Positions 7,278 through 12,921 of a DNA stretch of 12,921 nt are shown here, piece after piece. This DNA is from Octopus sinensis (Eukaryota): assembly GCF_006345805.1 (NCBI RefSeq), contig NW_021826384.1, positions 1 through 12,921 of the forward strand, read 5' to 3'. A program made the translations under genes and the position numbers. The notes under the pieces were generated by a model. The model ran no database searches. It was not told where the DNA came from and was given only the letters and a program-made list of their open reading frames with translations. Position 1 is the first letter of the stretch, and the number at the start of each line of letters is the position of its first letter.

Positions 7278-7670
7278 AGCATCGTCGTCGTCGTGATCAT
7301 CATCATCATCATCATCGTCATCAGCATCATCATCGTCATCATCGTCGTCGTCGTCGTCGTCGTCGTCATCATCATCGCAAACAAGAAATGTAGAAGCGGT
7401 AGCCGCAGCAGTAGCAATCCTCCTGACACGAGCCATAAAAGAAACTTACGCATTTACACACCATGCAAATACTCGCTGCCACCACTACCACCACCACCAC
7501 TACCACTACCACTACCACCACCACCACCATCACCACCATCACTACGTCGACAACCACTACCACCACCACTTACTACTACTACTACTACTACTACTATTGC
7601 TACTACTACTACCACCACCAGTTCTACTTCTACTGCTGCTGCTACACGACCGCCATCATCAGCCCCGCCA
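7105..7670. repeat. (CAT)n/(CGT)n/(ACC)n/(ACT)n trinucleotide arrays
   Basis: Directly visible; a ~30-bp higher-order period is marked by ttagc at 7174 and 7204. Confidence 0.9.
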
Positions 7671-7959
7671 TTTTTATATTACAATGGTAATATAAAAAAA
7701 GACCTCGCACGCACCTACCTTCTCCACTCCCAACAACAGAAGATCGATGCAACCTGAGTCGCAGAAATAAGGAAATATTTGAGATGAATGCATAGTTTAG
7801 GGGTGGAGGAGGGGATGAAGGAGTTCGAAGAGGGGTGGTGACGGTTGCGGTATTGGTGGTGGTGGCGGCGGTGGTGATGTTGGCGGTGATGGTGATGGCA
7901 CAGTGAATATGAGATACTTGAAAGAAGAGGCTTATGTAAGGCAGCATAATAATAGAGTG

Positions 7960-8022
7960 ACATAGATTGATTGATGGATGGATAGAGTGATAACGAGATA
8001 GCCAAATGGAGAGATGAAGAGG

Positions 8023-8062
<40 letters not shown>

Positions 8063-8248
8063 CAGATAGAGAGATAAAAGATAGAAGGATAGACATAGAG
8101 AAAGAGAAAGAGAAAGAGAAAGAGAAAGAGAGAGAGAGATGGAGGAATAGACAGATCGACATACATGCTTACAACTATAAATACGTATGTATATATATTT
8201 ATATATATATATATATGCATATATATATATACGTATAATGAATATATG

Positions 8249-8283
<35 letters not shown>

Positions 8284-8570
8284 TATATAAACACTTGTAT
8301 GCATACACACATATATACATATATACACATATATACACGCATGCATATATATTTATATATTTATATCTACGTATAAATCAATACTTATGTATATATATGT
8401 ATATATAATAGATATATATATATTATATATATATATATATAAATAATAATATATATATAATATATATATAATATATAATATATATGCATATTTTATATAG
8501 AGTGAGAGGGAGAGAGATGGATGGTTATAGAGTTTGATATACAAGAAATTGGTAGCTACATGGGTATGCA

Positions 8571-8618
<48 letters not shown>

Positions 8619-8660
8619 TTGTATGTATGTATAAGTGTGTGTGTGTGTGTGTGTGTGTAT
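7960..8660. repeat. (GATA)n, (GAGAAA)n, (TA)n and (TG)n microsatellite cluster
   Basis: Directly visible. Confidence 0.92.
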
Positions 8661-8854
8661 TGCTAGCAAGATTGTACAAAACGGCAGATCATAGAGATAT
8701 AGAGATAAATAAATACAAAATGGATTATGTTGACAAACACTGAAGAAGAAGGACATACAGTTCTGCTGAGAACGTTATACGGTGCATCAAACAATGTGCG
8801 TTTTGATATTTTAACTCTCCGACAATCTCATTCACTTTATACATAAATACATTC

Positions 8855-9111
8855 ATGTGTGTGCAAGTGTGTATATCTATGCGTGTGCATATGTAAATCT
8901 ACGTACAATCACACAGGCGCATACACATGCACACCCATGTACATGTACATATGTGTGTGTGTGTGTGCGTGTGTATGTGTGTAAATCTGTGTACATGAGA
9001 GTGTGGGGGTAAAAATGTTCTTAAAATTAAAAAACATCAAAGACAAACCGCGTAATGATTCATCTCAGGAATTATGTGTACGTATATATATATGTATATA
9101 TATATATATAC

Positions 9112-9166
<55 letters not shown>

Positions 9167-9250
9167 ATAATATATATATACACACACATATATATACATA
9201 CATATATATGTATGTGTATATATATATATATGTTTGTATATATATGTATG

Positions 9251-9314
<64 letters not shown>

Positions 9315-9435
9315 CACACACATACACCTTAATATGTATCTGTCTGTATCTGCGTATTTATAAATATATTTGTGTAGAAACACACCCACACCCACATACA
9401 CACGCATGCATACAAAAATAAACACACGTATACTC
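8855..9435. repeat. (TG)n/(CA)n/(TA)n microsatellite cluster
   Basis: Directly visible, with a short unique spacer at ~9000-9075. Confidence 0.9.
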
Positions 9436-10464
9436 ATTCACATATTGATTCCGCTCAGCCATAACGGTATCAATAATAAGTTATGAGAATTCAATATATT
9501 TCTTCTCCACAGTATGAGTAAACCTCGAGTTTCTTGTACGAGGCAGAGATTATGTGAAGAGAACCTAGCGACCGGACGGATATGTAGAAATATGTGGGTG
9601 CCATAGCAAGTCTTTTGAGGCCCAAATGCAACCACCACAAGTTTTCTTTTAATATCCCGGAGAAGAGAAGTGCCACAGCTCTAGCTAGGCATACATGGTC
9701 GTTGAAAGTATGGTCGTTGAAAGTACGAAATCAAGTGGTGAGTAGCGAGAAGGTGCAAGTTTTACTTCAATAGCCGTGAGAGTTGAAGGCTATGCTTGAA
9801 GAAAAGAATATATTAAAGAAATGCAGAGAAAATATATTAAAGTAATCTTTTTACTCGGATACTTATCTAACTTTAAAAGCGAGATTTTCTGATCCTGTCT
9901 ACACGAAAAAAGATATGTTTTGTATACTGACTGAGTACACTATGAATATAAACTTAAATGTTTCCAGCATCAATACTTTCTCCCACAACAGTTTGTAAAT
10001 TAAAATGTTTGCCACACCCAACTTATTATATGTAGGAACATACATATTCAGGTAAATGTTCACGTATGAGTTTAAGACTCACCAATCATCACATACCCAA
10101 CTCCCACTCAGTTCTTCTGTCCACAAATCTATCCCATGTCGCCTGCATCCCACTTCCAAAATCCCCCTCTGCAGGCTGTCACCACTTATACCGTGAAGGC
10201 AGTTGAAACCTTGTCCAAGGCACACAAAACTAGATGTAATTCCTCTCTAAACTTCTTCGACAGATATTTCCGATCCGGCTTAACAAAATACCCATCAGTC
10301 GTAACACTGTCTCACTTCCGATGTTACAGAGCGGTCGCCATTTTCATCCTACAACTTCTTCTGACGAGTGGCGAAGATTGGTTTTGTTTTCCCAAATTCG
10401 CGAGTACGAAATCGATTGGATGTATAATACTGTAATGTATACATGTGTGCATGACTCAGTGTCT

Positions 10465-10522
<58 letters not shown>
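10465..10522. repeat. (TCTA)n microsatellite
   Basis: About 14 pure units. Confidence 0.95.
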
Positions 10523-10525
<3 letters not shown>

Positions 10526-10789
10526 TTTTTAATCTTCGGATTTTTTAAATATGCTAAGCCACTGGATTTAATTGATTAATATCAATTTCTACTTTTATTA
10601 TTTAATTTTAAATAATAATGTTCTCTAACCGGCAAATTGGCTTCTGAAATTTATTAACTGCAGAATAATTTTCGGTCTCAGCGCGCCGAAGTGAAGACAT
10701 TTGAAAAATACACCCAAATATAAATTGTAGAACTTTATACATTCTCGATTTCGGTTGAGCTTTCTGTATCTAGTTCTGGAAATTGTGTT

Positions 10790-10797
10790 TATATATG

Positions 10798-10829
<32 letters not shown>

Positions 10830-10855
10830 TGCATGTATGCATGTATGTATGTATG
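10790..10855. repeat. (TATG)n microsatellite
   Basis: Directly visible. Confidence 0.95.
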
Positions 10856-10864
10856 GAGTTTACT

Positions 10865-11230
10865 GTTATATACACTTTTTCACAGGTATTTTCACCTCTT
10901 CCTAGTTATCAAATCGTTGATCCCTAACAGTGTTCGTTATAGCGCCGAACAGGCGGAAATCATAATCCACCTGATTCGGAATGTATGGTACATGGCTGGT
11001 CACTGACCGATCAATTTCCTAATTGCCTGATTCATTGTCGAAAGACGTGTCATTGAGAATGGGGATCGCATGTAGATTCCTCTTGAGCTCTTCCTACAAG
11101 CGGCTTCACAAAAATTCTGTGTCCAGACATGCTTTTGTGTCTTAAGACACATTACAGAAGATCAAAGAGAGTCACGTCTTTGCTCTCCTCCAAAATAGTA
11201 ACCAAGATGTTTTGCTTGCCAATGAAGTAA
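10865..11230 (-). pseudogene. Decayed mariner (DD34D-type) transposase C-terminal fragment
   Basis: Minus strand 10994-10890 translates HVPYIPNQVDYDFRLFGAITNTVRDQRFDN*EEVK, aligning without gaps to the mariner motif HPPYSPDLAPSDFHLF....L.GKRF..DEEVK. The upstream extent is uncertain. Confidence 0.7.
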
Positions 11231-11341
11231 TTCCGTGTTCAATCCCATTACGTGGCACCTTGGGTAAGTGTCTTCTACTATAGCTTCGGGTCAAGTAATG
11301 TCTTGCGAGTGGATTTGGTAGGAGGAAACTGAAAGAAGCCC
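11231..11341 (+). mobile_element. 5'-truncated copy of the SINE whose head lies at 4092-4262
   Basis: gttcaatcccattacgtggcaccttgggtaagtgtcttctactatagc...gtggatttggtag..ggaaactgaaagaagcc matches the reverse complement of ~4104-4213. Confidence 0.8.
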
Positions 11342-11711
11342 GGTGGTTGGCCCTAATGTTCCAGTAAGCAATGTAATCTGCCAGCGGCCCAAAAGACTAT
11401 TGGGTGAGCAAGCGCGTTGGAGTGCTCGGCTCGGAGGCTGTGGCAATAACCGTCATTCATCGTCGAGATGTGGAGTCCATGTTCGGAGTTCAGTGGGACT
11501 CCAAGTTCACATGTAGTCTCCGTTCACATTCATACAGACTTTGGGATTGTGAGATCTGGAACAGCCCACCTTACCGTCGACTGCTGACAGTCCCACTGCG
11601 TTCAGTTCCAGAGGATTCGCCAGTCAAGTCACCGCTGGTTATCGGAATCTCCTACTGCATGGTTTGTCGTTAATTCTGGTTGCCTCTCCTTTGAATGTCA
11701 TCCATCTAAGC

Positions 11712-12231
11712 CAGGAGTCACCAACCTACGGCTCTCGGGCCGGATCCGTCCCGCGAGGCCAGTTCATCCGACCCCCTGCCGCACTGTACCTTTTGTGTAA
11801 GTACCTGCAATGAGAGTTCACTCGCCTCTGGTATTGCATCAGGGTTTGAAACAACTTGTGTCTGTGAGCAAACATTTTCAAAAATGAAGAATGTGAAGTC
11901 AGCACATCGAACGAGGTTAACTGAAAGCAATTCTTTTAGTTGGATGCAGCAATTCCAAAGCAAATATTGACGATATCTTAAAAAGCTAAACACCAGCTTC
12001 ACAAATCTCACAAATCGTTTTTGCTGCTTAGTTTGTGAGATTCAGATATGTGTGCCGATATATGTGTGATATAACCATCATATTGCTAATGTCGCCTTCT
12101 TTGATAACATTTTGGTAAATAAATATGTTGGTTGTCTTTAGTTTTTGTGTATTCACTGTATTGTATTGAACAAAATGATTATGCGGCCCACGATCGTCGT
12201 TTTCTCAGTTATCTGACCCGCTGTGGAAAAA
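11712..12231 (+). mobile_element. hAT (Charlie/SPIN-like) internally deleted element
   Basis: The left end caggagtcaccaacctacggctctcgggccggatccgtcccgcg resembles Charlie-type termini, preceded by atctaagc. 11833-12011 encodes IASGFETTCVCEQTFSKMKNVKSAHRTRLTE / LLVGCSNSKANIDDILK / KHQLHKSH with frameshifts, i.e. the hAT dimerisation region. Subterminal tgcggccc at ~12182; the right TIR is missing. Confidence 0.8.
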
Positions 12232-12499
12232 GGGCATTATTATTGTCAATAGGGTTATTTTCTGTCATGAAGCTAAACATTTCTGTTGATGTCCGATAGC
12301 CTGTATCACATCTTCGCCAAGAATTCAGTGATGGAACGTTGCTTTGTCATGGAAGCCAACATTAGCGATGAAGAGGAACAGCAAGAACCATAACAACAAT
12401 GGGGGAAAGAAGGATTGGTCGAGAAACATTAAGGAATTTAAATGAGTTCCATTAGACCTACGCTTGCATTGCATTCAAGATAACCCATAAGCTCGCTTG

Positions 12500-12921
12500 G
12501 GTGTGTGTGCGTGTATATGATTATATATATATGTATATGTATGTGTACACAAACACACGCACACACACATGCACACACATAAATATATAGATTCACACGT
12601 ACACACACACACACAAGTCCGTCTCTCTCTCCCTCTCTCTGAAGAAGAAAAATGAACGTTGTGACGATGATGGTTATGATGATAATGATGATGATGATGG
12701 TTATGATGACGATGATGATGATGGTGATGATGCTGATCATTACAAAGACGACGACGGTGGTGATGCAACGTTTACTTACAGAGATGTACGTTCCACACAC
12801 CTCATGCCCCACTGCTTCCCTTTAGCTTTTATTTTTCTACACGCTTTCTTTCTTTCTTTCTTCCTTCCTTCCTTTCTTTTTTTTTCTGTTTCTTTCTTTC
12901 TTTCTGTTTCTTTCTTTCTTT
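12500..12921. repeat. (TG)/(CA)n, (CT)n, (GAT)n and (CTTT)n microsatellites
   Basis: Directly visible. Confidence 0.9.

Noticed and set aside
8740-8776. Hammerhead-like CUGAAGA-AGAAGGAC ataca GUUCUGCU-GAGAACGUU
   Set aside because: Stem II pairs 7/8, but the core reads GAGAAC rather than GAAAC and no stem I can form, so it is not supported.
240-9437. Many long ORFs rich in IY/YI, HT, MYVC, poly-I, poly-M or poly-T (e.g. 240-617, 6085-6813, 7077-7757, 7642-8346, 9055-9363)
   Set aside because: They are translations of di-, tri- and tetranucleotide repeats that lack stop codons, with no domain-like sequence.
10136-10435. 99-aa ORF, possibly a CR1/L2 ORF2 C-terminus (RCNSSLNFFDRYFRSG)
   Set aside because: Only one weak motif resemblance, with no flanking motifs at the expected spacing.
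12283-12393. Short frame ending ...MSDSLYHIFAKNSVMERCFVMEANISDEEEQQEP* as a terminal exon
   Set aside because: Weak acceptor context, no recognisable homology and no supporting upstream exons.

Overview
This is eukaryotic, AT-rich, extremely microsatellite-dense non-coding DNA. The SINE types and (TA)n/(TATG)n/(GAT)n landscape strongly suggest a cephalopod, probably Octopus (inference from recalled repeat families, not a database search). I can support no intact host gene: the supplied ORFs are almost all read-throughs of simple repeats or transposon relics. The window is a mosaic of tRNA-derived SINEs (one split by nested insertions), two decayed Tc1/mariner transposase fragments, a hAT/Charlie deletion derivative, a probable RTE-type LINE 5' region, a 7x25-bp minisatellite born inside a transposase and a perfect 47-bp inverted repeat. 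The most notable signal is five hammerhead-ribozyme (type I) motifs or remnants in the first 5.6 kb. They lie in at least three unrelated short (~110-210 bp) element families, and each element's 3' end runs into an (AT)n tract about 55 or 105 nt downstream of the predicted cleavage site. This fits non-autonomous, microsatellite-associated Penelope-like or retrozyme-like elements with non-canonical ribozyme cores.
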